Of a DNA stretch of 64,000 bases, positions 21,048-31,572 are shown one piece after another. Numbering within the stretch: position 1 is the stretch's first letter; each line of letters begins with the position of its first letter. Location of the stretch: NCBI GenBank assembly GCA_965140585.1, contig OZ223264.1:608001-672000 (forward strand). The letters are read 5' to 3'. Below the pieces are notes generated by a model. The model ran no database searches. It was not told where the DNA came from and worked only from the letters and a program-made list of their open reading frames with translations. A program made the translations under genes and the position numbers. The stretch comes from Spirochaetia bacterium (lineage in GTDB: Bacteria; Spirochaetota; Spirochaetia; UBA9216).

Positions 21048-21830
21048 ATGCAGAAAAATAAGGGAAATATTAAATACGATTTCAGTGGTAAATATATTGT
21101 TGTTACCGGGGCAACAAAGGGGATCGGCAGAGATATCCTTACATCATTTGCTTCTGCCGGAGCTGTAGTCGGTGCAGTCGGACGTAATGAAAGGGAACTT
21201 GAAGAAGTTGCTGATGAGATTGTGCAGGCAGGTGGTGAGTGTGTGACCTGCAGAGCTGATCTTTGTTTAGCGGAAGATTGTCTGAATATGGCCGATTTTT
21301 TTATAAAGAAATTTCCTCGCATAGATATTCTTGTAAATAATGCAGGAATAAGTTTTCCGGAACGTATAGAAAACATTGATATTGAACACTGGGACACTAC
21401 CCTGAATGTTAATCTGCGTGCTCCGATGATTCTTACACGGGAATTCAGCCGGGGGATGATCGAGCGAAAAGCTGGAGTAATAATTAACGTCTCAAGTAAT
21501 GCATGCATAGCCGGAATTAATGAACATTCGGCATACTGTGCCAGCAAGTTTGGACTAAACGGTTTGACAAAGGTTATGGCAGTTGAGCTTGGGCCGTATA
21601 ATATACGGGTGAATGCAATAGCCCCCACTGTAGTGCTGACTCCTATGGGGACACAGGTTTGGGGTGATGCAGCGAAGGCTGCTCCAGTTAAGGCGAAAAT
21701 ACCGCTCGGACGTTTTGTATATCCGAAAGAAGTTTCTTCTATTGTTATGTTTCTGGCGTCTGATGAAGCTTCAATGATTCATGGTGAAACAGTACTAATT
21801 GACGGCGGTGCGAATGCAAAATTATATTAA
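21048..21830 (+). CDS. SDR oxidoreductase (polyol/sugar dehydrogenase-like)
   Basis: TGATKGIG, NNAG, YCASK, NAIAPTVVLTPMG. Confidence 0.9.
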   Translation: MQKNKGNIKYDFSGKYIVVTGATKGIGRDILTSFASAGAVVGAVGRNERELEEVADEIVQAGGECVTCRADLCLAEDCLNMADFFIKKFPRIDILVNNAGISFPERIENIDIEHWDTTLNVNLRAPMILTREFSRGMIERKAGVIINVSSNACIAGINEHSAYCASKFGLNGLTKVMAVELGPYNIRVNAIAPTVVLTPMGTQVWGDAAKAAPVKAKIPLGRFVYPKEVSSIVMFLASDEASMIHGETVLIDGGANAKLY

Positions 21831-21880
21831 TCTCTGAGATTAAACTTTTTTACTTTTGAAATGTAACAGTCCGTCTTTCG

Positions 21881-22321
21881 CTATTTAAAAAATCCATCCA
21901 GCCACCAGAAAAGACCGTCCCATAAATCTGATAGATGAAAATTCGGGAATATATTTATTCCTAACGCCGACTTCAGAAAATACAGAAGCAGCAGGCCCAG
22001 CAGGATAAAGGGTGAAACAATAAATATGATAAATACCGCATCACTGAAGCGGGCTGCAGCCTGACGTCTGTCCTGTTCGGCATTCAGAGTTTTCTGACGT
22101 GTGTCCCGTCCGAAGTGAAATACGAAATAATACTTTTTGAAGAACAGTGGAATTACCCCGCGCAGATCAATTGTATGTTTTCGGCCCTTGCTGCCCGAGT
22201 GAATTGCCTCCAGAACTGCTATGGTCTGTTCTTTACTCAGACTTTTTCGAACCTCAGGATCAAGGCGTTTCCATATATGGTTTGTAAAAGGATCGGACTG
22301 TAACTGCGCGATTGTACTCAT
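21881..22321 (-). CDS. Conserved-looking hypothetical membrane protein
   Basis: GGAG RBS before MSTIAQ; HTIDLRG...YFVFHFGRD, one TM segment, KSALGINIFPNFH. Confidence 0.7.
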   Translation of the reverse strand: MSTIAQLQSDPFTNHIWKRLDPEVRKSLSKEQTIAVLEAIHSGSKGRKHTIDLRGVIPLFFKKYYFVFHFGRDTRQKTLNAEQDRRQAAARFSDAVFIIFIVSPFILLGLLLLYFLKSALGINIFPNFHLSDLWDGLFWWLDGFFK

Positions 22322-22406
22322 TAATTTCTCCAAAATATTCTATAGGGACAAAGAATATTAGGAAAAGTTGGAGCTGCTGTCAATTGTTTAAAACATGGGA
22401 TATGGA

Positions 22407-22946
22407 TCAGATTCTATTCCATCTAAACTGGTTAATCCTGAATATATTTTCTTGAAAGTCATCGATTGTTTTCCTTTGAAAGGGAGGGTAGAGCAGTTTA
22501 TCTCGCAGCTCATCATCACTTTTAAAATTGAAACATGTTTAACTGCCGTTACAGCCCTGTTATGGCTGTTTGTATCGGTATTGAAAAATATCTGCTGGAA
22601 CCCATTGGATTTATTATGCTTGAGGTATATGAACTGTATCATTTTCTTTTGTGAATCAATTTGAGTAACTTTAAATGCCGCCGCTATAGACTGTTGTCAG
22701 CCAGGTATTAAGGTAGCTCATCCATACCCTGTCGATTGATTCATAAACATTATGAGTCTGCTCGATTATCTTGTAATCAGACCGGCTGCAGTCGCTTAGT
22801 TTATAATTTTGAAAATCTGTTCCATTGGTATCAATATATTCAGAAACCTGTTCCGGGATAACAGTTTTAGAATCTTTAACAGTAGCGCACGAAGAGAAAA
22901 ATACTGAAAGAGTAATAAGGCAGACGATTAACTTAGCGGGGGGCAT
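22407..22946 (-). pseudogene. Degraded paralog of the lipoprotein at 15994-16671
   Basis: Lipobox FSSC. Three frames give VWMSY, then AFKVTQIDSQKKMIQFIY...HVS, then FKSDDELRDKLLYPPFQRKTIDDFQENIF, each matching the intact copy. Confidence 0.8.
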
Positions 22947-23042
22947 AAAAAAATAGCTCCTGACGCAGGATTATGATTTTTGTTTATAAAATTCTTGGTT
23001 GAGAATACTGTAAACTTTAAAGCGGTAAATCAGTTTGATAAG

Positions 23043-23062
23043 TCTCCCGGTTTTCCGGGAGA
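23043..23062 (-). terminator. Hairpin downstream of ALDH
   Basis: TCTCCCGG-TTTT-CCGGGAGA. Confidence 0.55.
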
Positions 23063-23105
23063 TTAGAAGCGGAATAGTTATTCAATTATTATTACGCTGT
23101 CTTAT

Positions 23106-24563
23106 TTAGATATACTTAACATAATTGACTCTAAAATTGGTAAAGAAATCACGGTTTGTTTTTCCCTTTGAAAAGGGTCCGAGCCCGGAATTTTTTACAC
23201 CGCCAAACGGCATGGTTCCGTCCGTTACCGTTCCATGGTTTGTATGTGTCATGCCTGTTTCCATTTCTCTCTGGAACTTATCAATATGCGAGAGAGAATC
23301 TGAGAATAAAGATGCTGAAAGTCCGTATTCGGTATCATTGGCAATCTTCATGGCCTCGTCAAATGAGTTTACACGTATAGTGACAAGTACAGGACCGAAT
23401 ATTTCTTCTCTGGCAGCAGCCATGTCTGGGCTTACATTGCTGAGAAGGGTCGGTTCGATGTAGAAGCCCCTGTCAAAGATTCCGCCTTTAAGCTGACGAC
23501 CTCCGGCTTTTATTTCCGCTCCTGCATCAACTGCACCGCTGATATAATCCATTATCTTTTCTCCGGCACTTCTGCTGATTATGGGTCCAAGGCTTACATC
23601 CGGATCAAGACCATTTCCAAGTTTATAATTTTTCATTTTTTCTGCAATAAGAGCTTCTAGTCTGTCGGCATCTTTCTCCATTACAATTACCCGGCTTATG
23701 GATGTACACCTCTGACCTGAGAGAGCGAAGGCCGAACTTGTTATCTGGGCGGCTGCGTTTTCCAGGTTTAAGCAGTCTGCTACTATGGCCGGATTCTTTC
23801 CTCCCATTTCAAGCTGTATCTTTGTGAAGTTAGCAGCAGCCTGGGTGTTAATGCCTCTTCCTACAGCCGTCGAACCGGTGAATGATATTCCCTTTACCCG
23901 CGGATCTGAAGCAATTGCATCACCGACAACCTTCCCGCTGCCGAGTACCAGGTTGAAAACCCCTGAGGGCAGTCCGGCTTTTTCAAACAGTTCGGCAATG
24001 ATGACACCTGATAGCGGTGTTGCACTTGCGGGTTTTAGAACAACTGTGTTGCCTGTAACAAGAGCCGGGATTACTTTTCTCAGAGGTGTAAGGAAGGGGA
24101 AGTTCCATGGTGTTATTGTAGCTACCACTCCAAGGGGAACCCTAACTGCTACGCTTGATACACCTGGTCTGCTGCTCGGCATTGTAATCCCTTCCAGTCT
24201 CTGGCCTTCACCTATAAAATAACCTACTTCCTCAATACCCCTGTCCGGTTCTGCAAGCGCCTCTTTCAGAATCTTACCTGCTTCACGGCACACGGCTTCG
24301 CCGATTCGGTCTCTGTCTTCAGCCATAACTTCAAGAAACCTTGACATGTAAACAGAACGTGCTGCCGGTGATAGGTTCTTCCATTCTGAGAAAGCCTTCT
24401 CTGCACTTCCTATTGCAGCTTTCACATCCTCAACATCGGACAGGGGGTACAGGCCCAGACTTTCCTGATTATCCGCCGGATTGAAATTTTCGTAAAAATC
24501 CCCGGTGCCGGGTTCTTTCCATTCTCCATTTATATAATTCAGATATTTTCTCTTCTCAGCCAT
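23106..24563 (-). CDS. NAD(P)-dependent aldehyde dehydrogenase
   Basis: PWNFP, FTGST, LEMGGKN, catalytic GQRCT, EEIFGP; GGAGG before ATG at 24563. Confidence 0.93.
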   Translation of the reverse strand: MAEKRKYLNYINGEWKEPGTGDFYENFNPADNQESLGLYPLSDVEDVKAAIGSAEKAFSEWKNLSPAARSVYMSRFLEVMAEDRDRIGEAVCREAGKILKEALAEPDRGIEEVGYFIGEGQRLEGITMPSSRPGVSSVAVRVPLGVVATITPWNFPFLTPLRKVIPALVTGNTVVLKPASATPLSGVIIAELFEKAGLPSGVFNLVLGSGKVVGDAIASDPRVKGISFTGSTAVGRGINTQAAANFTKIQLEMGGKNPAIVADCLNLENAAAQITSSAFALSGQRCTSISRVIVMEKDADRLEALIAEKMKNYKLGNGLDPDVSLGPIISRSAGEKIMDYISGAVDAGAEIKAGGRQLKGGIFDRGFYIEPTLLSNVSPDMAAAREEIFGPVLVTIRVNSFDEAMKIANDTEYGLSASLFSDSLSHIDKFQREMETGMTHTNHGTVTDGTMPFGGVKNSGLGPFSKGKTNRDFFTNFRVNYVKYI

Positions 24564-24647
24564 TGAATCCTCCATTCTGATAATTTCATTATTGATGATA
24601 GGATAATAAAATTAAATATAGTTGTAAAATATTAAATATTTATATTA

Positions 24648-24666
24648 TTATAGAAAATAACTATAA
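24648..24666. promoter_or_regulatory. Putative LysR binding box
   Basis: TTATAG-AAAATAA-CTATAA dyad in the divergent ALDH/LysR spacer. Confidence 0.6.
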
Positions 24667-24677
24667 GGAGCCTATCT

Positions 24678-25556
24678 TTGGAAATTCGTCAGCTGGAATA
24701 TTTCCGGGAAGTCTGCAGGCATGAAAATATTACAAGGGCCTGTGAGGTTCTGCATGTTTCGCAGCCCTCAGTCACAGTCAGTATCAAGCGGCTTGAATCG
24801 GAGCTTGGTGTCGAACTTTTTCATCGTATTAATAAACGGCTTTTTCTGACAGAAGAGGGGCGGCAGATGCTTATTCAGGCTGAGCGGATCCTTTCTCTGA
24901 TTGAAGATACAAAAAATATGATGCTTGATTTTCAGGATGAACCTCAAGGGTGTCTGCGTATCGGCATTACCCCCATGATGAGTGTTCTGTTTACTTCAAA
25001 TCTTGCCAAATTTCAGCGTAATTATCCACGTGTTGAGATAGAAGTTATTGAAGAAGGCTCCCTTTCAGTTTCGGCCCTAATCGAAAAGGGTGAGCTGGAT
25101 CTGGGAGTAATAATCAGTAAAAACCTGTCCTCATGTCTTGCTCATCAGCCCATCTGCCGGGGAAGCATTGTTGCCTGCCTTCCGAAAACTCACAGGTTTG
25201 CAGACAAAAAGGAAGTATCTCTAAACGATTTGAAAAACGATCCCTTTATCCTTTTTCATGAGGATACCTACACCCGACAGCTGATTATGAGTGAATGCAC
25301 AAAGCTGAACTTCACCCCTAAGGTTGTATTCTCTTCAAGCCAGATTGATACTGTTAAGGGTCTTGTTAAAGAAAGTATGGGGGTCAGCTTCTTCTTCAAT
25401 GATCTGGCCGAGAGGCTTGATTCAGTAGCCATAATTCCCCTTGCCGAGCAGCTGGAACTTGAAGCCGGTGCAGTGTGGAATAAAGAGAAGTACCTTTCAA
25501 GCGCTGCAAAAAAGCTGATTGAACTATTGTCTCCCGAAAGGAGTACCACTGCTTGA
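24678..25556 (+). CDS. LysR-family transcriptional regulator
   Basis: LHVSQPSVTVSIKRLESELGVELFHR HTH; AAGGAG RBS with TTG start. Confidence 0.93.
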   Translation: MEIRQLEYFREVCRHENITRACEVLHVSQPSVTVSIKRLESELGVELFHRINKRLFLTEEGRQMLIQAERILSLIEDTKNMMLDFQDEPQGCLRIGITPMMSVLFTSNLAKFQRNYPRVEIEVIEEGSLSVSALIEKGELDLGVIISKNLSSCLAHQPICRGSIVACLPKTHRFADKKEVSLNDLKNDPFILFHEDTYTRQLIMSECTKLNFTPKVVFSSSQIDTVKGLVKESMGVSFFFNDLAERLDSVAIIPLAEQLELEAGAVWNKEKYLSSAAKKLIELLSPERSTTA

Positions 25557-25680
25557 CTGAGTGCTGATTGGAAGAGATGTAGAAATATTTCATGGCAGCA
25601 TCGTGAATATTTATGGAGAAAATCGATGATAAAATTATTTCTTTATGCTTTTCTTTTTAATTTCGGTTATTATGAATACA

Positions 25681-27132
25681 ATGCACCTGAAAACCGGCAA
25701 AATCACAATGATAGTACTTACAGTACTAATCTCCTGCGCTTTTTTAGTATCGAGTCTCGTTTCATTTCAGACTGCAAGGAACAGTCTGCGCAGTGAGATT
25801 CGGAATTCCTCACTGCCGCTGTTAAGTGAGAATATATACTCGGAGCTCCATAAAGCATTGGCAGAGCCTATAAATGTATCATCCTCAATGGCAGAGGATT
25901 CCTTTTTAATCAACTGGGTGACTGCAGGAGAGGAAGAGCCCGATAAAATCAATCTTTATCTCAATAAACTCAAACAAAGGTACGGATTTTTTTCCACCTT
26001 CTTTATTTCAGAAGTCTCCCGGAATTATTATTATTACAACGGTGTCCTTAAGCAAATTTCGCCGCTGGATAAGCATGATGTATGGTATTACGATTTTAAG
26101 GAAAGCGGAAAAGATATGGACCTGGATGTTGACACCAATGAGGCCGACAACGGCAGTCTTACCGTTTTTATAAATTACCGGCTTAAGGGTTTTGACGGAA
26201 GATTTCTCGGCGTTGTAGGGGTAGGGATAAAACTTGAAAAGGTTGCAGAGTTTTTAAACCAGAAACAGACCAAATATAACAGAGATATCTACCTGGTAGA
26301 TGAAAACGGATATATTCAGGTACATTCAGATCTGAGTCTTATTGAAAAATCAAATATTTATACAAGAGAAGGAATCGCTCTGGTTGCAGAGGAGCTGATG
26401 GGTATGACTGACTCGCCTATCGACAGTATATATAATGAAAGCGGACAGACAGTACTTGTAAGTTCCCGCTACATCCCCGAAATGGGATGGCATGTAATTG
26501 TGGAGCAGAACGAGAGCTCATCATATTTTCAGGCCAGAAAAAGTCTTTATGTAAATCTTCTGATAACAGCACTCATCGCAGTGGTTCTGTTCACGGCCAG
26601 CTATATGATATTGAAAAGCTTTCAGTCGCAGATGGAGAATATAGCGGGGACAGATTCGCTGACAAGCATAGCGAACAGGCGGGAGCTTTCCAGACAGTTT
26701 GAACAGCTTAAGTACCGGACGGTCAGATATGGAACGAAGATGAGTCTGATACTGATCGATCTTGATAATTTCAAGATGATAAACGACGGATACGGTCACC
26801 TTGCAGGTGATAATATACTTAAGGAACTTTCATCCATGATAGCAAAGTCTCTCAGGCCTGTGGACACTGTTGCCAGATGGGGCGGTGATGAATTTGTAAT
26901 CCTGATAGAAGCCTCGTCCGATGAAGCTATGGGGCTTGGAGAACGGCTGAGATATTCATATTGTGAGACCATAGGGCAGATGATGAATGGACGGGTAGGC
27001 GAAATCCTTTCCATGAGCATGGGTGTGACAGAATACAGAGAGAATGAAGATTTCGACACCTTGATTAAAAGAGCTGATGAAGCACTTTATAAATCAAAGC
27101 TTAACGGAAAAGACAGGATAAGCTGTATTTAA
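25681..27132 (+). CDS. Cache-sensor diguanylate cyclase
   Basis: Two TMs around a periplasmic domain; DLDNFK; RPVD I-site; RWGGDEF. Start uncertain (25645, 25672 or 25681). Confidence 0.92.
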   Translation: MHLKTGKITMIVLTVLISCAFLVSSLVSFQTARNSLRSEIRNSSLPLLSENIYSELHKALAEPINVSSSMAEDSFLINWVTAGEEEPDKINLYLNKLKQRYGFFSTFFISEVSRNYYYYNGVLKQISPLDKHDVWYYDFKESGKDMDLDVDTNEADNGSLTVFINYRLKGFDGRFLGVVGVGIKLEKVAEFLNQKQTKYNRDIYLVDENGYIQVHSDLSLIEKSNIYTREGIALVAEELMGMTDSPIDSIYNESGQTVLVSSRYIPEMGWHVIVEQNESSSYFQARKSLYVNLLITALIAVVLFTASYMILKSFQSQMENIAGTDSLTSIANRRELSRQFEQLKYRTVRYGTKMSLILIDLDNFKMINDGYGHLAGDNILKELSSMIAKSLRPVDTVARWGGDEFVILIEASSDEAMGLGERLRYSYCETIGQMMNGRVGEILSMSMGVTEYRENEDFDTLIKRADEALYKSKLNGKDRISCI

Positions 27133-27266
27133 ACATCAATTCATTTTAAAAATTAGCATATCCCCTCAACCGGGTATAATTACCTAGATAATTCAAGTAT
27201 ATTTCCTCATTTTAATTTCTTCTTCAGAGAACTAAAGTCAGGTTATCAGTTCTGAAGGAGAGTTGA

Positions 27267-27875
27267 ATGAACAGATTTTTTTCAATTTTAGTTTTTGCTG
27301 CAGTCTGTACAGTTGCAGGCGCACAGGATGATGTAGCAGAATTGCCATCTGCAGAACCTGTGAAATCTATCTTTTCTATAGATACAGGATTTTCTAGCGA
27401 CTGATCAAAGGGATATGGTGTATTTATAAAATCTTCCTCGTATATCGGTGAAGGACCTTTTTATTACGGATTTGGTTCCATATTTGGTGAGTTTATTTCA
27501 AAAAAAGAGAACTTCTTCGAAACCGGATTCTTTTTCGGATACTATCATTTAATAGGGGATACCAGTCTTGATTTGGACCTTTGTCTTGATGTCATAGTGA
27601 CAGCCGGACGTATAGAGCAGGCAACAAACCTTTATCGGGCAGAGGCTCCGGCTATACATCCCGGTATCTCAATTGGTTTTCCGTTGATGTCCAATTTTGA
27701 TACCGCATTAACCTTTGCGCCTGTAATCAGGCCCTATGATGCGGCAACCGGCAATTGGGTTTTTTCAAGGTCTTATATGAATGTCAGCCTGGCTTTAAGA
27801 TTTAAATCGTATATGGACGCTGTAAAACTCCCCTGGAATAAAACTTCAATCATAAAAAAAGGAGCATCAAAATGA
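27267..27875 (+). pseudogene. Exported (probable outer-membrane) protein with internal stop
   Basis: AAGGAG RBS; ATG at 27267 with signal peptide MNRFFSILVFAAVCTVAGA. A single in-frame TGA at 27402-27404, then the same frame continues into ORF 27573-27875. Confidence 0.75.
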
Positions 27876-29656
27876 AGACACCCATTACAATATTAATTTT
27901 AATAAGCCTGATAATTTCAGGATGCGCAGGATTAAAAACAGAAGCGAAGAATGACTCGGAATATGCATCCGCTGACAGCAGGTCTTCTCTTATAAACAAA
28001 ATAAAATCAGAAATGAAATTAAAGAAAATGACAGGGCTTTCAATAGCCGTTGCCGACTCGGAAGGAATCCTATGGTCTGAAGGTTTCGGTTTTTCCGATA
28101 AGAAAGCCGGTAAATCTTTCAATGATTATACAATTTCAAATGTTGGTTCAGTGTCCAAACTGATAACAGCCGCTGCAGTTATGAAGCTTGCGGAAACAGG
28201 TAAGATAGATCTTGATGCACCGGTTTCAGACTATCTTGAAGATTTTGCACCACGCGGAGGCCTTCCCGATAATCCTGTTACTGTCAGAATGCTTCTGAAC
28301 CATCAGTCCGGACTTGAGTCCGATGCGTTTCAGGATTTTTTCCTGGGATACAGCAGACCGGATGATTTTACCCACAGCTACCGAAAAGCTGTTGATGCAG
28401 TAAACCGGAGCGGGGTTGTGAGAGATCCATATACAATTTTTTCATACTGCAATCTCGGCTATTCCCTTCTTGGATGCATAATTGAAAGAACCGTGGGGCT
28501 TGAATTTCAGGAAGCCGTAAAAGAGCTCGTATTTGAACCTGCCGGGATGACCAGCTCAAGCTTCATTATCGATGAAATGCCGGAGGATAGGATTTCTCTC
28601 GGATATGTAAACGGCATGTCCGTGACTGTTCCCTATATCAGGGACATGCCGGCCGGCAGCCTTAATTTAAACGCTAATGATATGGGCCGTTTTCTTCAGA
28701 GGATCCTTGCCTCTTACAAAAATAATGATGGCAACCTTAAGCAGCAGACAGTTTATGAAATGTTTACTCCTTCAAACACAGAAGTCCAGAATGATCTTGA
28801 CTTTAGAATCGGGCTGACCTGGTGGATCGTAAACCTGAAAAGCCTTCCGGGAGAGTATCTTCTGGGGCACGGCGGCGACCTTCCCCCTTTTCATGCTTTA
28901 GTAACTGTTCTTCCGGATAGGGATCTTGCTGTTTTTGTGATGGTCAATTCTGTAAACGGAGTAGGCTCTTTCAGTCTTACTGATATCACCACAGAGGCGG
29001 TACGTACTTTTGCAGCAGAAAAAAATCAGGCTCTGAGCAGCAAAGCTTTTGAACCAAGCCCTGTTGTCGAAACTCCGGATGATATTAAAAATAATCTCCC
29101 TGGATTCTATGCCTCGGCTTCAGGCTTATCAGAAATAAAGCTGACTGGCCGCAAATTGAAAATCTACGCTTTCAATAACTGGTTTGACCTCGTCTCTCAC
29201 GCTGACGGAAGTTTGAGCCTCAGCATGAAAATCCTTGGAGTTTTTCCTGTCAAGCTGCCGGTCTTCGACGAGATGTCGATTACAACCGAGCCAATCGGGC
29301 TAAACGAATCAATCAACCTGAGATTTCAGGGGGTTTTTATTAGCCCCTGTATTAAAATAGAGCCGGTTCCGATTGATGAAACATGGATGGAACGATGCGG
29401 CACCTATAAGGCTGTAAAAGAAGAAATAATGCCCAATTATACCGGTTTTAAAATAGAGTACGATAAAAATAGCGGCTTTTTATGTCTGTCGCTTAAAAGT
29501 TCGGACGGATGGTCACGTTTTCCGCTTCAGACTATAGATTCATCACGTGCTGTGCTTATGGGCACAGGCCGGGGGCTTGGTGGAAATGTTAGTGCAGTCA
29601 CAGAACAGGGTAAAGAAATATTGGAATTTCTAAACTTCAAACTTACTAAAGAATAA
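27872..29656 (+). CDS. Serine hydrolase (beta-lactamase/PBP family) lipoprotein
   Basis: Lipobox ISGC; SVSK (SxxK), YCN, HGG. Confidence 0.88.
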   Translation: MKTPITILILISLIISGCAGLKTEAKNDSEYASADSRSSLINKIKSEMKLKKMTGLSIAVADSEGILWSEGFGFSDKKAGKSFNDYTISNVGSVSKLITAAAVMKLAETGKIDLDAPVSDYLEDFAPRGGLPDNPVTVRMLLNHQSGLESDAFQDFFLGYSRPDDFTHSYRKAVDAVNRSGVVRDPYTIFSYCNLGYSLLGCIIERTVGLEFQEAVKELVFEPAGMTSSSFIIDEMPEDRISLGYVNGMSVTVPYIRDMPAGSLNLNANDMGRFLQRILASYKNNDGNLKQQTVYEMFTPSNTEVQNDLDFRIGLTWWIVNLKSLPGEYLLGHGGDLPPFHALVTVLPDRDLAVFVMVNSVNGVGSFSLTDITTEAVRTFAAEKNQALSSKAFEPSPVVETPDDIKNNLPGFYASASGLSEIKLTGRKLKIYAFNNWFDLVSHADGSLSLSMKILGVFPVKLPVFDEMSITTEPIGLNESINLRFQGVFISPCIKIEPVPIDETWMERCGTYKAVKEEIMPNYTGFKIEYDKNSGFLCLSLKSSDGWSRFPLQTIDSSRAVLMGTGRGLGGNVSAVTEQGKEILEFLNFKLTKE

Positions 29657-29667
29657 TCATTTTCAGT

Positions 29668-29706
29668 ATCACTGAGGCAGCCGTTCGCCGCGGCTGTCTC
29701 AGTGGT
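29668..29706 (+). terminator. Long stem-loop after the serine hydrolase
   Basis: ATCACTGAGGCAGCCG / CGGCTGTCTCAGTGGT 16-bp stem with G-U pairs. Confidence 0.65.
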
Positions 29707-29731
29707 ATTTACTCCCAGCCGTATATTTTAA

Positions 29732-30493
29732 TTGACAGCTGAATCTTCCGCTCCTATTATTAAAATAGACCTGATTCTTATATATCGTGCTATCAACCTT
29801 ACAGGAAAACTGGCGCTTCAGGATTATCTGCTTACACTTGCATCAGTTCCTTTTTCGTTCATTATGTTCACAGCTTTTCCTATGGCTGTTCACAGGATTC
29901 TGGAAGTCCGGTATGAAAAATTGAGAAACCGAATCCTGATTATTTTAAACCTGCTGCTTAATTCAATCCAATATTTTCCGGTAGGAAGTACCTACAATAT
30001 TGAGACCGGAACATTGAACCTGGGCCCTCTGTTTGCATTAACAGGCATCGGTCAGCTAACAGTTATTATCTACAGCGTTCTTCTGCTGGCCGGCTTTCTT
30101 ACATTGATTTTTATCCCAGGTTTTTTTCATGACATCACTTATTCCATGGGCAGGCAGTATTTTGATATTTCCCCTGCCGAACTCATTTTCTTTCCGCTAT
30201 ATTATTTTATTCTTTCTTTGATAGTGATCATTTACTCCGGGCGGTACTTCATTGCGATTACTCAGCTTGAAAATTCAACTCAGCTTTCTGAAGAATTGCT
30301 GATTGAGCTGGGCAGAAAACATGGTCTGACTGAAAGGGAAAAAGAGGTTATTCCGCTTATCGTCGAAGGGATGAGCAATAAACAGATTGCGGTGAATCTC
30401 TTCATTTCGACAAAGACTGTGGATAACCACATTTACAATATCTATAAAAAGCTGGAAATCAATTCGCGTTTTGAGCTGTTGTACTTGTGCTAG
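29732..30493 (+). pseudogene. Membrane-anchored LuxR-type HTH regulator, probably 5' truncated
   Basis: C-terminal GLTEREKEV...SNKQIA...TVDNHIYNIYKKL and several TMs; no RBS or ATG start visible. Confidence 0.55.
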
Positions 30494-30598
30494 CATTGAT
30501 GCTGTCCTGCGGATAATTTTTAAATAAATCAGGGGTACGGAAATGATAAAAGCGGTTGATATGCGTGATTTGATAAAACAGATAATTGCTTAAGTGCT

Positions 30599-31549
30599 TT
30601 ATTTCAGGCTGTTTATATCTCCAACCACTTCAACTCCGCAAGAACCGGCTCGATCTTTCAGGAGACAATTATTCTTGTAATCTGAAAGTTCAATGCTGAT
30701 TTCAGTATCCGTTGTTTCACAAATTCCCCTCTGCATTGCTCCGTTTACCGGAGCTTTTAATAAACCGCCTTGTCCGGGTAATGAAAAGACAACATTAAGT
30801 TGATATTTATTATTTTTTATTAAAATTGATACTTCATCATTATTCTCATCGTCTATTTCATAACCACTATTATTGTATGTTGTAAATCTATAATATTTCT
30901 CTTTAAAATAAAGGAAGCAGAGAAATCCGTTAAATTCTCTGCCCAGCCATGGAACTTTTGCAATAGACAACATAAAACTTCCGGAGTGTTCACTTAAGCT
31001 GTTACTCTGTATCCAGATCCAGGATGACGGCATGGATCTTCCCCAGTCTTTCTCTATATAACCTCTTCCGTTCTGGATGATCTTTTTTTTACCGTCCCTG
31101 ATAATTTCGCCGTTCACCGAATGATCTGCAGATACAATACCGTGATAACATTCCATGAACGGAACAAATGAATACGGGCCCATAATTCCCGGAGCCCATG
31201 TCCCTGAAATGTAGGGTGTGAATCTCCCGAAATTAAGCGAGCATGATATTTTCAAATCTGAACTTGAAATGTTAAGGAAAAGGCTCTTTGATGAAAATTC
31301 ATTTTCTCCTATCCTGATGTGAAAAGAATTGCGCTCTGCATGAAAGTCTTTCAATGGAAAACGCTGATAAAATGTTTTATGAGTCTTACCTTCAATGATC
31401 TGTATAAATGCGTGAGGATCCCGGCCTATTGAAATTCCGGGTATTACAATTAAAACTCCATTTTCATATATGGTTTTAAAGTACCATCCTTCAAAGTATT
31501 TCTTTTTTTTTAACGAACCCTGGAAGATTTCAGGATGAAGCAGTCTCAT
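30599..31549 (-). CDS. Tocopherol-cyclase-family protein
   Basis: YFEGWYFK, IMGPYSFVPFMECYHG, GYIEKDWGRS, WIWIQSN. Confidence 0.85.
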   Translation of the reverse strand: MRLLHPEIFQGSLKKKKYFEGWYFKTIYENGVLIVIPGISIGRDPHAFIQIIEGKTHKTFYQRFPLKDFHAERNSFHIRIGENEFSSKSLFLNISSSDLKISCSLNFGRFTPYISGTWAPGIMGPYSFVPFMECYHGIVSADHSVNGEIIRDGKKKIIQNGRGYIEKDWGRSMPSSWIWIQSNSLSEHSGSFMLSIAKVPWLGREFNGFLCFLYFKEKYYRFTTYNNSGYEIDDENNDEVSILIKNNKYQLNVVFSLPGQGGLLKAPVNGAMQRGICETTDTEISIELSDYKNNCLLKDRAGSCGVEVVGDINSLK

Positions 31550-31572
31550 ATAAAAATTGCCGATATTCTTAT

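Noticed and set aside
27872-29656. Beta-lactam resistance gene
   Set aside because: The motifs only place it in the broad serine hydrolase family; its length and C-terminal extension differ from class C beta-lactamases.
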